NCBI GenBank assembly: GCA_038109055.1
Contig: JAYNIM010000002.1
Coordinates: 111,759-175,758 of the forward strand
Direction of reading: 5' to 3'
DNA length: 64,000 nucleotides
Source of the DNA: a bacterium
GTDB lineage: Bacteria > Margulisbacteria > Marinamargulisbacteria > GCA-2716485 > JAYNIM01
The position numbers were made by a program, and so were the translations under genes. Below, one piece after another: positions 39,636 through 50,634 of this stretch. The notes under the pieces were generated by a model that was given only the letters and a program-made list of their open reading frames with translations, made no database searches and was not told the origin of the DNA. Within the stretch, counting starts at the first letter, position 1; each line of letters starts with the position of its first letter.

Positions 39636-40293
39636 CAAAGAACAAGAAGAACAAGAAGACGACACAGCAATAGCCCAAACAGTTTACGGAGACCTTGTAA
39701 CATTTTTAATGGTCTTATTCTTATTACTATTCATATTCTCACAACAGATAAAAAATGAAGGCTTTTTTATTGTAAACAAAAAGGACAAACGGGGAGGAAG
39801 TACAGAACAAAAAACTCAAAGTAACCTAGCAATAAAAAATCCCTTAAATACAGCCGTACAAAACTTCATTAAAAAAGAACAGCTAGAAAAGGTATTGCAC
39901 ATTGTCGAAAATGAAGAGAGTATAAAATTGATTCTAGAAACCCCTTTATTATTCAATAGTGGAAAATCCGAATTAACAAACAACGCAATTAAAGTTCTCA
40001 ACAAGCTTGCAAAAATTTTAAAAAATGTAGAAAACGACATCATTATAGAAGGACATACCGACAACGTACCCATACACAATGAAGCCTATAATTCCAATTG
40101 GGAACTATCCTTTTTTAGAGCCTTTTCAGTCACACAATACTTAATAAATAAACACCAGTTTAAACCAACACAATTATCATGCCTTGGCTATGGTGAGTAC
40201 CGCCCTTTGGTACCAAACACAAACAAAGAAAACAAAGCCAAAAATAGAAGAATAGAAATTAATATAATCAGAATAAAACCAACAAACACCTAA
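39628..40293 (+). CDS. motB: Stator B subunit (MotB family), module 2
   Basis: YGDLVTFLMVLF; EGHTDNVPI, SNWELS..RA, GYGEYRP, KNRRIEI. Confidence 0.93.
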   Translation: MRNKEQEEQEDDTAIAQTVYGDLVTFLMVLFLLLFIFSQQIKNEGFFIVNKKDKRGGSTEQKTQSNLAIKNPLNTAVQNFIKKEQLEKVLHIVENEESIKLILETPLLFNSGKSELTNNAIKVLNKLAKILKNVENDIIIEGHTDNVPIHNEAYNSNWELSFFRAFSVTQYLINKHQFKPTQLSCLGYGEYRPLVPNTNKENKAKNRRIEINIIRIKPTNT

Positions 40294-40322
40294 CTAATAA
40301 TAAATACAAACGGAACAGATCT

Positions 40323-40547
40323 GTGAAATTTTTTAAGAAGATTGCAGAACATTTCAAAAGAAGCAATATTAACCATTATTCATATACAATTTACTTATTA
40401 AAACTGGCATCAGATATGTATGATCCGCACACAAAAAATACATCTGCATATATAGTCACAAAGGAACTTAAGGAACAAGAAAGGAATAATAATGGAAGCG
40501 GTATGGAACTTGTACGGAATCATCATGGAATAAAATCAGCACCATAA
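40323..40547 (+). CDS. Small hypothetical protein
   Basis: 74-aa ORF filling the gap after motB; no motif recognised. Confidence 0.3.
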   Translation: MKFFKKIAEHFKRSNINHYSYTIYLLKLASDMYDPHTKNTSAYIVTKELKEQERNNNGSGMELVRNHHGIKSAP

Positions 40548-40569
40548 CATTGCAACCTAATAGATAGGT

Positions 40570-41694
40570 TTACATCTGTGAAGAAAATAAAGGAATAAAC
40601 CTTAAATTAGTTACGAATTGTTCATCTAAAAAATAGTTATTTTGCTCATCAAAACATATTAACTTCTTATATATTGGCGACGTTCTATTCAAAGAAATAC
40701 GAAATAAATCACGTACTGAATTTGAAGAAATATTACTTTGTTTAAAAAATCTTATAACCTCATTATACGTAACTTTATCCAAACCAGTTTCAACAATTTT
40801 ACTATAGAGAAATTGGGTAAATCGTGCTTGATTTTGGGTAAGTGTATAGGTTTTTCCCATATATTTAATCATCGAGAAATCAGAGCGTGCAACATGCATA
40901 GATTTCTTGACCAAAGGATCTAAATAAACAAACCATTTTTCCAATAAACAGATATTTGCTTTTATACGATATGAAACAATTTTATACATATCCTTTTCAT
41001 AATCCATCTTATATTGAGGCGTGTAAAAAAAATGATGAAATTTAATAAAACCAAGATATTCTAACGACAATACGGTATCCAACACTCGACAATATTTTGC
41101 ATCTTCGTCTTCAAGCATCTCTTGCGTAAAATCATAAAAATCAAATAGAAAGTTTTTCCCAAAACGATCATACATTTTCTCAAATTGTTTAATCACAAAC
41201 GATTCTTGTCGCTTGTATTTAAAGAAAAGCTGATCTTTAGAAAATAAATCATCATTAATAAAACGCTCTAAATAAGAGACATACTGTTTTTTAACAACTT
41301 GTTGATCTGCTACCCTCAAAAGAATATATTTTTCAAAACGACCTGACTCTGTATGCGACTTCTCTATTTCACCTAATGAAATAATCTTAGTTGCCGCAAT
41401 ACGCTTTACATCAGTAAATGAAAGTACATTATCAGAATATAATTTATCTAAAAAGGGGACAGTTTCGCCATAATGCTCAACATGTGCTCGAACAAAAGTA
41501 TCTAAAAATAATTGAGGATCGTGCACATGACTACGATAATCCCATTTGAAATGATAGCGGATACCAAAGGACTCCAAAAGTGATAAAAAACCATCCTTTT
41601 CAAAAACATCATCAGAATAGGCATAATAATCAATACACCCATTTAAACTAAGTGCAGCCAAACGAAATAAATTTCGTTGCTCGATATACGTCAT
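40570..41694 (-). CDS. Hypothetical protein with a putative C-terminal winged-HTH
   Basis: 374-aa ORF; SDFSMIKYMGKTYTLTQNQARF...SVRDLFR. Confidence 0.55.
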   Translation of the reverse strand: MTYIEQRNLFRLAALSLNGCIDYYAYSDDVFEKDGFLSLLESFGIRYHFKWDYRSHVHDPQLFLDTFVRAHVEHYGETVPFLDKLYSDNVLSFTDVKRIAATKIISLGEIEKSHTESGRFEKYILLRVADQQVVKKQYVSYLERFINDDLFSKDQLFFKYKRQESFVIKQFEKMYDRFGKNFLFDFYDFTQEMLEDEDAKYCRVLDTVLSLEYLGFIKFHHFFYTPQYKMDYEKDMYKIVSYRIKANICLLEKWFVYLDPLVKKSMHVARSDFSMIKYMGKTYTLTQNQARFTQFLYSKIVETGLDKVTYNEVIRFFKQSNISSNSVRDLFRISLNRTSPIYKKLICFDEQNNYFLDEQFVTNLRFIPLFSSQM

Positions 41695-42195
41695 CTATTC
41701 AAGTGTTAATTTACTTAAGGCTTCCAATTCTTCGTCCAATTTTTTATCTGTATTGATTCTAAACTCAGCAGCCTGTTCCTTCTGAAAGTGCCTCATCATC
41801 ACATGCAAATGTTTAATTTGTTCATCTTTTCGACGAAGTTGATCACCGAGTTCTGAAAATTGCTGATTCTTTGCACGAAGTTCTTCATCTTTACAGTGTA
41901 ATTGAGTCTTCAAAAAAGAAATGTTCTCCATCAAAAGCTCGACATCATAAGACACCTTATTCACACCAGAACCATGCTGATCTAACCTCGTAGCCAACTG
42001 ATCAACAGATTTATAATATTTCAGCAAATCCACTCTAGAAAGGACCAAAACACGGCGACCATTACGGACATCATCATGATATCTTATGGGCCTTGTTTTA
42101 ACAGCCTTTCTTAAGGTATGAATAGACTTTCCAGTCAAACATGAGCCCTCCTCTAATGTAATAAATTCAGACTCTCGTATATCTTTATGTTCCAT
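41695..42195 (-). CDS. HTH plus coiled-coil DNA-binding protein (DUF536-like)
   Basis: ITLEEGSCLTGKSIHTLRKAVK HTH; FLKTQL..KDEQIKHL coiled coil; SD GAGGA. Confidence 0.6.
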   Translation of the reverse strand: MEHKDIRESEFITLEEGSCLTGKSIHTLRKAVKTRPIRYHDDVRNGRRVLVLSRVDLLKYYKSVDQLATRLDQHGSGVNKVSYDVELLMENISFLKTQLHCKDEELRAKNQQFSELGDQLRRKDEQIKHLHVMMRHFQKEQAAEFRINTDKKLDEELEALSKLTLE

Positions 42196-42292
42196 AAGGG
42201 TGTATTCCTCAAAATATTAGTTGAAATTTAAAAAAATTCTAACACATTAATATGAATAAAATCAAAAAAAACCTCCCCTCGACACACACTTA

Positions 42293-45112
42293 TCACTCCA
42301 ACAACGGTTTTAAAAAATGCCCCGTATGAGAATTTAACATCAACGAAATTTCTTTAGGAGACCCTTCTGCAACTATTTCTCCTCCTTGATCGCCCCCTTC
42401 CGGCCCTAAATCAATCACATAATCTGAAACTTTCACAACATGCAAATTATGTTCAACCACAATAACGGTATTGCCTGAATGAACCAACCTCTGTAACACC
42501 ATTAGAAGATTCTTGATATCTAAAAAATGTAGCCCCGTCGTAGGTTCATCTAACAAGTACAAAGTTCTACCTGTACTTCGACGAGCCAATTCTTTAGCCA
42601 ACTTAACACGCTGTGCTTCCCCACCACTCAAGGTCGTAGCACGCTGTCCCAAATGTATATATCCTAAACCAACTTCTTGCAACACAGTCAAATTTCTATA
42701 AATTGATGGAATAGATGAAAAAAATTCTAAGGCTTGGTTCACAGTCATTAACAAAACATCGGAAATAGTTTTACCCTTATATAACACCTCCAACGTCTCT
42801 CTATTATAGCGTGCCCCTTGGCACACATCACAGGTAATATAAACATCAGAAAGAAAATGCATCTCAATTTTTTTAACCCCATCTCCCGAGCAGGCCTCAC
42901 AACGTCCCCCTTTAACATTAAAAGAAAAACGTCCCGATTTATAGCCTCTAACACGCGCTTCCTTCGTTCTAGCAAACAAGTCACGAATATCAGAAAAAAC
43001 ACCTGTATAAGTAACTGGATTTGATCGAGGCGTACGGCCAATAGGGCTCTGATCAATAGTAATAACCTTATCTATATACTGCATCCCCTTAATCGACCGA
43101 AAATGGCCAGGTCGTTGCTTACTCCCATAAAAATGTCGCATTAACACCCGATATAAAATCGTATATATCAAGGTACTTTTCCCTGAACCTGAAACTCCTG
43201 TAACAGAAATAAAACACCCCAAAGGAAAAGAAACAGAAATATTTTTCAAATTATTTTCTGTACACCCCTCAATAGTTAAACATCGTTCCTTATTAATAGG
43301 TCGATATGCCTTAGGAAGATCAATTTTATCAAGGCCTCTAACAAAACGTGCTGTAAGTGATTTATTATCTTTCAAAAACATTGTTTTAGTTCCTGAAAAT
43401 ACAATTTCTCCGCCTTGACATCCTGCAAAAGGGCCAATATCTACGACATAATCCGCTTCCTGTATCGTATCTTCATCATGTTCCACCACAATTAACGTGT
43501 TACCAAGGTCTTTTAAACGCCTCAAAACCTTTAATAATTTTTGATTATCTCGTTGATGCAAGCCAATACTCGGTTCATCCAACACATACAATACCCCACT
43601 TAAACCAGATCCAATCTGTGTTGCCAATCGAATCCGTTGAAACTCACCACCAGATAACGTTGAAGAACGACGCGACAAAGACAAGTATCCCAAACCCACT
43701 TGATCCAAAAACGTCAATCGATCACGAATTTCTTTCAACACTTGTACCGCTATCTTTAATTCATCTTTATTAAACTCACCATTTTCAAAAAAGCATAATA
43801 AATCTTTAATCGTCAACGCACATAATTCAAAAATATTTTTATCCTTTACCCGCACTGATAATGCAGATGGATTCAAACGTTGTCCCGAACATGCAGCACA
43901 GGATTTTGAAGACATGAAAGACCTAAAAAAGAAGCGCATTCCTTCTGATCGTGTCTGAAATAAACGACGCCTCAAAATGTTAATAACACCTTCCCATTCA
44001 TACACATCCACATCTTCACACTGCTGTTTTGATTGATATGGATTATCTAACAAAGCATCTTCCTGGCCATAAAATAATATATTTTGCTGTATCTCTGTTA
44101 AATCCTCGAAAATAGTATCCAAATCAAAATCATAAGAAGCAGCTGCCCTTTCTAACTGACGTCCATATTGAGAACGATCCAAATTAATCACTTTTGACGT
44201 AGAAAAACGTAAAGGTTTATCAACAAACGGAAAAACCAACGCTGAATCAAAATCCAAATGAGACCCCAACCCATTACAAGAAGAGCACGCCCCCAAGGGA
44301 GAATTAAATGAAAACAAACGCGGACTCAACTCAGAAAAACTCAATTCACAAGCAGAACACGAAAATTGTTCTGAGAATAAAAAAACGGCGTTAGTCGTCA
44401 CATTTTCAAAACGCACAGATCCTTTCGACTGACGTAACGCAACTTCAACAGACTGAAACAGTCGCGACATATTCTCTTGAATCAACGAAATACGATCAAC
44501 AATCAAATAAATATCGTGTTTACACTGCTGATCTAAAACAATATCATCATCCAAACGAAAAAGCTCTCCGTCTACACGCACCCTCACAAACCCCGACTTA
44601 CGCAATCGTTCAAAAAGATCCTTAAATGCCCCTTTACGTGAAATAACCAAAGGAGCCAAAACCATTACCTGACTATCCACTGGCCAAGAAAAAACACGAT
44701 CAACCATAGCTTGAACATCCATTTTTTCAATCGGTTGTCCACACCCATAACAATACAAACGGCCGATACTAGAAAATAAAAGACGAAAATAATCATATAT
44801 TTCCGTCACCGTCCCCACCGTAGAACGAGGATTATGTGTTGCAGATTTTTGATCAATCGAAATAGCAGGTGACAGCCCATCAATAGAATCAACATCCGGC
44901 TTATCTAATTGGTTTAAGAATTGCCTCGCAAAAGCAGACAAAGATTCAATATACCTTCGTTGCCCTTCAGCAAAAATAGTATCAAAAGCCAAAGACGATT
45001 TTCCAGAACCTGATAGGCCAGTAAAAACAATCAATTTATGCTTAGGTAATGTAAGATTAACATTTTTTAAATTATGAACACGGGCCCCCTTAACAATTAA
45101 ATAATCACTCAT
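42293..45112 (-). CDS. uvrA: Excinuclease ABC subunit A
   Basis: Two Walker A motifs (GLSGSGKSS, GVSGSGKST), two LSGGE signatures, zinc fingers. Confidence 0.99.
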   Translation of the reverse strand: MSDYLIVKGARVHNLKNVNLTLPKHKLIVFTGLSGSGKSSLAFDTIFAEGQRRYIESLSAFARQFLNQLDKPDVDSIDGLSPAISIDQKSATHNPRSTVGTVTEIYDYFRLLFSSIGRLYCYGCGQPIEKMDVQAMVDRVFSWPVDSQVMVLAPLVISRKGAFKDLFERLRKSGFVRVRVDGELFRLDDDIVLDQQCKHDIYLIVDRISLIQENMSRLFQSVEVALRQSKGSVRFENVTTNAVFLFSEQFSCSACELSFSELSPRLFSFNSPLGACSSCNGLGSHLDFDSALVFPFVDKPLRFSTSKVINLDRSQYGRQLERAAASYDFDLDTIFEDLTEIQQNILFYGQEDALLDNPYQSKQQCEDVDVYEWEGVINILRRRLFQTRSEGMRFFFRSFMSSKSCAACSGQRLNPSALSVRVKDKNIFELCALTIKDLLCFFENGEFNKDELKIAVQVLKEIRDRLTFLDQVGLGYLSLSRRSSTLSGGEFQRIRLATQIGSGLSGVLYVLDEPSIGLHQRDNQKLLKVLRRLKDLGNTLIVVEHDEDTIQEADYVVDIGPFAGCQGGEIVFSGTKTMFLKDNKSLTARFVRGLDKIDLPKAYRPINKERCLTIEGCTENNLKNISVSFPLGCFISVTGVSGSGKSTLIYTILYRVLMRHFYGSKQRPGHFRSIKGMQYIDKVITIDQSPIGRTPRSNPVTYTGVFSDIRDLFARTKEARVRGYKSGRFSFNVKGGRCEACSGDGVKKIEMHFLSDVYITCDVCQGARYNRETLEVLYKGKTISDVLLMTVNQALEFFSSIPSIYRNLTVLQEVGLGYIHLGQRATTLSGGEAQRVKLAKELARRSTGRTLYLLDEPTTGLHFLDIKNLLMVLQRLVHSGNTVIVVEHNLHVVKVSDYVIDLGPEGGDQGGEIVAEGSPKEISLMLNSHTGHFLKPLLE

Positions 45113-45120
45113 AAAAACAC

Positions 45121-45741
45121 CTAAAAAACCTGTGCAAAAAAATTAGACAATAATGCCAAACCAACTTCACCACTATTCTCAGGATGAAACTGTGTAGCCA
45201 ATAAACGCTCTGTCTTAATAGCAGAAACAAAGTCTACCCCATAGTCACTTTTAGCCGCAATCAACGAAGTATCCGTATCAGGCAAAAAATAAGAATGTAC
45301 AAAATAAACATATGATCGATGTTGATAGGGCGCCAATAAAGTCATTGCTATATCACTCAGCTGTAATACATTCCAACCCATATGTGGCACCGAAAGTTGA
45401 TCATCAGGAAAACGACAAAAATGCCCTGGGAAAACATTCAACCCCTTACACCCGCCATGTTCATCGGAAGAAGTAAACAAAATCTGAAACCCCAAACAAA
45501 CTCCCAAAAATGGCTTCTCCTTAAGAATATGATCTCGAATTACATCTTCCAATTCATGTGTCCTCAAATACTGCATAACCTCCACAAAAGCGCCTTGTCC
45601 TGGAACAACCAAACACAGCGATTTCTCAACTTGCTCAGGCGTCGATACAAGCTGATATGGCAACGAAAGATACGATAAAACATGACAAATACTATGTAGA
45701 TTCCCCCCACCATAATTTAAAACTGATATCATATGAGACAT
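45121..45741 (-). CDS. hisH: Imidazole glycerol phosphate synthase glutaminase subunit; start may be 45732
   Basis: YGGGNL, PGQGAF, GVCLG, PHMGWN, YFVHSY, QFHPE. Confidence 0.96.
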   Translation of the reverse strand: MSHMISVLNYGGGNLHSICHVLSYLSLPYQLVSTPEQVEKSLCLVVPGQGAFVEVMQYLRTHELEDVIRDHILKEKPFLGVCLGFQILFTSSDEHGGCKGLNVFPGHFCRFPDDQLSVPHMGWNVLQLSDIAMTLLAPYQHRSYVYFVHSYFLPDTDTSLIAAKSDYGVDFVSAIKTERLLATQFHPENSGEVGLALLSNFFAQVF

Positions 45742-46425
45742 AAAAAACTCGACAAAAAGCTAAAAGAACTTTTAAATACATTCATGCAAGTAAAAATAGT
45801 ATCAGACCCTCAAGATTCTGCCCAGAAAAACATGGCCATAGACAAGAAACTTCTAAACGAAACAACTAACATCCCTATTATCCGACTATACTACTGGAAA
45901 ACCCTAAGTCTCACCCAAGCCTTTAACAAAAAAATCCCCCCAAATTTACAACACCTTGATTACAGCCTCCGTCCAACAGGTGGCGGCATGGTCATTCATG
46001 CGCCAACCGACATTTTAATTACCTTTATATTACCCACAAACACTCCCTACCTACCTAAAAAAACAAAACACACATTAATCCATATCAAAAACATCTTTAA
46101 AGAATTTTTAGACAAACGTTCATTACCCACCACCCCCCCTGCTCATTCCACACAAACAACGATTCACCTTTGCCAAAACTATCCTAGTCCATTCGAACTA
46201 TATCAAAAACAAAAAAAATGTCTTGCCTTAGCCGCCCGACTATTTAGAAAAAATATACTTATCCAAAGTATTCTCCACTGTAGCAACCAACTAAAATACA
46301 AAGATCAACTCCCCAATGAATATCACCCCCTCCTTTCACCTGGTCTACCTCAGGCCACGTGTATTCAGCAACTAAAGTATCATTTAAAAAAACATCTTCC
46401 GATCACAGACACCCCACATGTTTAG
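45733..46425 (+). CDS. Lipoate-protein ligase A / octanoyltransferase family protein
   Basis: NMAIDKKLL, IRLYYW, RPTGGGMVIH. Confidence 0.8.
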   Translation: MRHKKLDKKLKELLNTFMQVKIVSDPQDSAQKNMAIDKKLLNETTNIPIIRLYYWKTLSLTQAFNKKIPPNLQHLDYSLRPTGGGMVIHAPTDILITFILPTNTPYLPKKTKHTLIHIKNIFKEFLDKRSLPTTPPAHSTQTTIHLCQNYPSPFELYQKQKKCLALAARLFRKNILIQSILHCSNQLKYKDQLPNEYHPLLSPGLPQATCIQQLKYHLKKHLPITDTPHV

Positions 46426-46493
46426 CTCCCACCCTCCTTTTACAACAAAGAACTCTTAAGCCTAAAGCTAGTATCTGCTACACTTTGATACAA

Positions 46494-47516
46494 ATGAAAA
46501 CTAAAGAACTAAGTGCGGAGCAATTATTTGAAAAGTTAAAACACATTACACTAGGGTCTAAAACCTGTTTATACACACTAGAAAAATGCGCAAAACTAAG
46601 CCCACTTATCAACAAAATCAACCAATTAAAATCAGAAAAAAATGCCCTTATTCTCGCACATTCCTACCTATCCCCAGAAATCATTTATGGAGTCGCTGAT
46701 TTCAGTGGAGATTCTTTCGAACTCAGTAAAAAAGCCAAAGAAACCGATGCCGACATCATTATCTTTGCTGCAGTCAAGTTTATGGCTGAAACTGCCAAAT
46801 TATTAAATCCAAACAAACACGTATTTATTCCTAGCCAACACAACGGCTGCTCTCTCGCTGATTCTATCAATGCAGAACAAGTCAAGCATCTCAAAAATCA
46901 ATTCCCAGACCATACCTTTGTTTGCTATATCAACACCACAGCAGAAGTCAAAGCGTATTGCGATGTATGCGTAACATCAAGCAATGCATTACCAATCATC
47001 AAAGCCATTCCAAATAAAAACATTTATTTCTTGCCAGACAAACTTATGGCACAAAACATCATTTTACAATGTGAAAACCAAAATATCGACAAAAATATTC
47101 GCTACTGGGATGGTACATGCTACGTACACCAAGAGTATGATCCCGAGCTAAGCAAATATATCAAGCTAAAATACCCTGAATCAAAGTTAGTCGCACATCC
47201 AGAATGTGAGCCCAATGTCGCACAACAAGCTGACTTTGTTGGGAGTACATCCCAGATGATTAACTACGTCAAACAAAGTAACGCCAACCAATATTTTCTG
47301 TTAACCGAATGCGGCTTAAGTAGTCGCCTTCAATTAGAAGTCCCCAATAAAGAATTTATTGGAAGCTGCACCTTATGTCAGTACATGAAAGCAAATACCT
47401 TAGAAAATATTTTAGCAACCTTAGAATCCCCTACATCCGCACAACGCATTTTATTACCAAAGGCCATTCAAAAAAAAGCGTTATCTTGCATCAATGCAAT
47501 GTTTAAATATAGCTAA
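46494..47516 (+). CDS. nadA: Quinolinate synthase; ATG 46494 preferred over 46359
   Basis: ILAHSY, GDSFELS, FMAETAK, GCSLA, YINT, CYVH, HPEC, CQYMK. Confidence 0.96.
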   Translation: MKTKELSAEQLFEKLKHITLGSKTCLYTLEKCAKLSPLINKINQLKSEKNALILAHSYLSPEIIYGVADFSGDSFELSKKAKETDADIIIFAAVKFMAETAKLLNPNKHVFIPSQHNGCSLADSINAEQVKHLKNQFPDHTFVCYINTTAEVKAYCDVCVTSSNALPIIKAIPNKNIYFLPDKLMAQNIILQCENQNIDKNIRYWDGTCYVHQEYDPELSKYIKLKYPESKLVAHPECEPNVAQQADFVGSTSQMINYVKQSNANQYFLLTECGLSSRLQLEVPNKEFIGSCTLCQYMKANTLENILATLESPTSAQRILLPKAIQKKALSCINAMFKYS

Positions 47517-47540
47517 AATTACGTACCACAAGAAAGCCCA

Positions 47541-47613
47541 AGCTCCCGAGCGGGTTTGAACCGCTGACCTCATCCTTACCATGGATGCGCTCTACCGACT
47601 GAGCTACAGGAGC
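47541..47613 (-). tRNA. tRNA-Thr(GGT); CCA not encoded
   Basis: GCTCCTGTAGCTCAGTCGGTAGAGCGCATCCATGGTAAGGATGAGGTCAGCGGTTCAAACCCGCTCGGGAGCT folds as a cloverleaf. Confidence 0.97.
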
Positions 47614-47726
47614 ATACTGAAAAAATTTAACACAGCCCTGGCAAAAAAAAAAGTAAAATATTCAAAGAGATCCCAATCTTATATCATCTATAGTGATGCC
47701 GATATGATAAAAATACGTTAACAAAA

Positions 47727-48497
47727 TCAATTCAATAAATACTGTTCCAGCGCCACCAATTGAAACTGAGAAACAAACTCATTCAATAAAAAATCATCAT
47801 CTCTCCAATCATAAACAACATTAACCAAAACATCCGGATTAAGTACAATATTTCGCTCAATAAATTGATGTTCATCCGAAACAGACTCTAAACACATATA
47901 TCGATCTTGAATCTTAATCACTCGCACACCTTCAATATCAGCAACGGCACTCTTCTCTTGTATGATAGAAATGTATTCTTGGATAGAAGGATCATTAAAA
48001 ACCACATTAACATCCAAAAATCGACCATCCTGAGTCTGATATTGTTTAGAAAAAATAATTCCATATCCGTCACTATACATTACTCCCTGATCAACTTGCT
48101 TTTGCTGAACAACAAAAAAATTTTCCGTATCTGAAGGAAAAAAACCATCTATGTTTGCCGCATGAACTTGCCTAACCTTCAATAATAAAGCTTGTAACAA
48201 TGACAGACTCTTATTTAAATTAGATAGTGTTAAAGCCTCTTGAACACGAGTCAAATCACTCAAAAAAGGGTTCGACATACCTTCTCCGGAATGTTCCTTC
48301 TTATTCAAAGAAATATTTTCGCTAACCCCTGATGTCTCTTCATACCGAACGGTATCTTCTTGAACTAAAGAAAACGCCGATAAATTAAAGTATAAGATCC
48401 AAAAAAGAAAAAAAATAAACGGTCTATAAAAAAAGCTACGCATACATCTAAAATGTAACACCCCCCTTTTAAAAAAACAATAATATAGGATTGACAA
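47727..48497 (-). CDS. Hypothetical exported protein; true start probably ATG 48443
   Basis: Signal-peptide-like MRSFFYRPFIFFLFWILYFNLSAFS. Confidence 0.6.
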   Translation of the reverse strand: MSILYYCFFKRGVLHFRCMRSFFYRPFIFFLFWILYFNLSAFSLVQEDTVRYEETSGVSENISLNKKEHSGEGMSNPFLSDLTRVQEALTLSNLNKSLSLLQALLLKVRQVHAANIDGFFPSDTENFFVVQQKQVDQGVMYSDGYGIIFSKQYQTQDGRFLDVNVVFNDPSIQEYISIIQEKSAVADIEGVRVIKIQDRYMCLESVSDEHQFIERNIVLNPDVLVNVVYDWRDDDFLLNEFVSQFQLVALEQYLLN

Positions 48498-48519
48498 ACA
48501 AAACGATAAACAATAAAGT
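48491..48519 (+). promoter_or_regulatory. Candidate sigma70 promoter for rho
   Basis: TTGACA-N17-TAAAGT, 33 nt upstream of the ATG. Confidence 0.6.
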
Positions 48520-48552
48520 ATCTGACCATAAATAAGGGTAAAAAATTTAACT

Positions 48553-49833
48553 ATGGCCTCAAATAAAGAGAATTTAACAATAAAACCTGATGATTCATAT
48601 CAAATTACAGAATTAACAAATAAAACACAATCTGAATTACTAGAAGAAGCCTCAAATTTTAATATAGAAAACACCAATCAATTCAAAAAAAAAGACTTAA
48701 TTTTTGAACTTTTAAAAAAAAAAACATCCTCAAAAGAAAGCACACTAGAAAAAGGAATCATTGACATTCTGCCTGAAGGGTATGGTTTTCTTAGAACAAA
48801 AAATTATTTACCTTCATCTGAAGACATCTATATTTCACAAACCCAAATAAAACGTTTTAAATTATGTGCTGGAGATACCATTTACGGTCTAATTCGGCCC
48901 CCAAAAGAAAGTGAAAGATACTATTCTTTGTTAAAAGTAGAAGCCATAAATTATGCTGCCCCTCAAAACATCGAAAAACGAATATTATTCAATAAACTAA
49001 CCCCTGTCTATCCTCAAGAAAAATTAAGACTGGAAATCGATCAAAACATACTTTCTCCACGGATCATAGATCTTTTAGCACCTATAGGCAAAGGGCAACG
49101 CTCCATGATCGTATCACCTCCTAAAGCAGGCAAGACGACATTGCTTAAAGAACTAGCGAACAGCATCAGCAAAAATCACCCAGAAATACACATTAAAGTA
49201 TTATTAATTGATGAACGCCCTGAAGAAGTCACGGATATGGAACGTTCGGTACAAGGAGAAGTCGTTTATTCAACCTTTGATGAACCTCCAGAACAACATA
49301 TTCGCATTTCCGAACTCTTATTAGAAAGCGCAAAACGATTAGTTGAAAGCAAGCAAGACGTTGTCATACTACTAGACAGTATAACGCGCTTAGCAAGAGC
49401 CTATAATCTAGTTGTGCCACCATCTGGAAGAACCTTAACAGGTGGGCTAGATCCAAGCTCCTTACATAAACCTAAACGATTTTTCGGAGGTGCAAGAAAC
49501 ATCGAAAATGGTGGAAGCCTAACCATTATCGCTACAGCTCTAGTAGATACAGGCTCAAGAATGGATGATATCATCTATGAAGAGTTCAAGGGCACTGGAA
49601 ATATGGAGCTACATTTATTAAGAAAATTAGCCAATAAACGAGTTTTTCCTGCCATTGACATTTTAAACTCAGGAACAAGAAAAGAAGAACTTCTTATCAA
49701 CGAAACTGCGTTAAAAAAGATATATTTACTCAGAAAAAATATTGATAACGAAAACGCAATTGAAGAATTATTAAAACTAATGCAGCAAACAAAATCCAAC
49801 GAAGATTTCTTAAATTCAGAGATATTTTCATAA
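48553..49833 (+). CDS. rho: Transcription termination factor Rho
   Basis: [39 protein letters not shown]. Confidence 0.99.
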   Translation: MASNKENLTIKPDDSYQITELTNKTQSELLEEASNFNIENTNQFKKKDLIFELLKKKTSSKESTLEKGIIDILPEGYGFLRTKNYLPSSEDIYISQTQIKRFKLCAGDTIYGLIRPPKESERYYSLLKVEAINYAAPQNIEKRILFNKLTPVYPQEKLRLEIDQNILSPRIIDLLAPIGKGQRSMIVSPPKAGKTTLLKELANSISKNHPEIHIKVLLIDERPEEVTDMERSVQGEVVYSTFDEPPEQHIRISELLLESAKRLVESKQDVVILLDSITRLARAYNLVVPPSGRTLTGGLDPSSLHKPKRFFGGARNIENGGSLTIIATALVDTGSRMDDIIYEEFKGTGNMELHLLRKLANKRVFPAIDILNSGTRKEELLINETALKKIYLLRKNIDNENAIEELLKLMQQTKSNEDFLNSEIFS

Positions 49834-49905
49834 CAAAATGTATGAAATGTATTGTTTATTTCCACTAATTAATTTACTATATAAATTAAGGAAAAATATA
49901 AATGA

Positions 49906-50634
49906 ATGGAGAAAATTATGAATAACCTAGAAATATTCGAAATATATGAATCATTAGCAGGAACATTAACCAAAATGCTGTACCCCATCGTAGAATGTAG
50001 TATATTAGATTATTCAGACCCAAATAACACACTATGTCATAATATCTTCAAAAACAAAAAAACAACGTTAAAAGGCAAAGAAAATATCCCCGAAATTTAT
50101 CAAAAAAACAAAATTCAGGAAAAATTAAAAAGTAATCTTGTAAATTTTTGTTATGAAAACAAAAAAGGTAAAAAGTTAAAAACATCTGCTATTGGTATTT
50201 ATAACAACAATTCATTAATCGGATGTTTTACGATACATATAGAAATTAGTTTCTTTGAAAATTTTGTTAAATATATAAACCACTTCATCAATACTGAAGA
50301 AAATAGCTTTATTATAGAAAATCAACGCTTTGATGCAAGTAAAATAGAAAATGACATGTCCTCTGTCATAGAAAACTATATGTTAGAAAATAACTTAATA
50401 AACGAAAAAATCAAAAAAACCCACAAAAAAGAAATTATCCAACTTCTACTACAAAAAGAATTCCTTTCAAGAAAAGGCGCTATCACTAACATAGCCAATC
50501 ATCTTTCATTATCTAGACCAACCGTATATAGATATATCAAAGAAATTTTAAAATCAAACATCCACAAAGAACAAAAATCTAAACTATCTGAAACAATTGT
50601 ATCTGCATTAGAGCTAGAAAAAATTAATTCCTAA
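49906..50634 (+). CDS. YheO-like PAS plus HTH transcriptional regulator
   Basis: GKKLKTSAIGIY; KGAITNIANHLSLSRPTVYRY. Confidence 0.85.
   Translation: MEKIMNNLEIFEIYESLAGTLTKMLYPIVECSILDYSDPNNTLCHNIFKNKKTTLKGKENIPEIYQKNKIQEKLKSNLVNFCYENKKGKKLKTSAIGIYNNNSLIGCFTIHIEISFFENFVKYINHFINTEENSFIIENQRFDASKIENDMSSVIENYMLENNLINEKIKKTHKKEIIQLLLQKEFLSRKGAITNIANHLSLSRPTVYRYIKEILKSNIHKEQKSKLSETIVSALELEKINS

Noticed and set aside
38871..40293. ExbBD/TolQR or AglRQS motor
   Set aside because: The B subunits carry an OmpA-like peptidoglycan-binding domain (GHTD, NWELS, NRR), and no TonB/TolA-like partner is visible.
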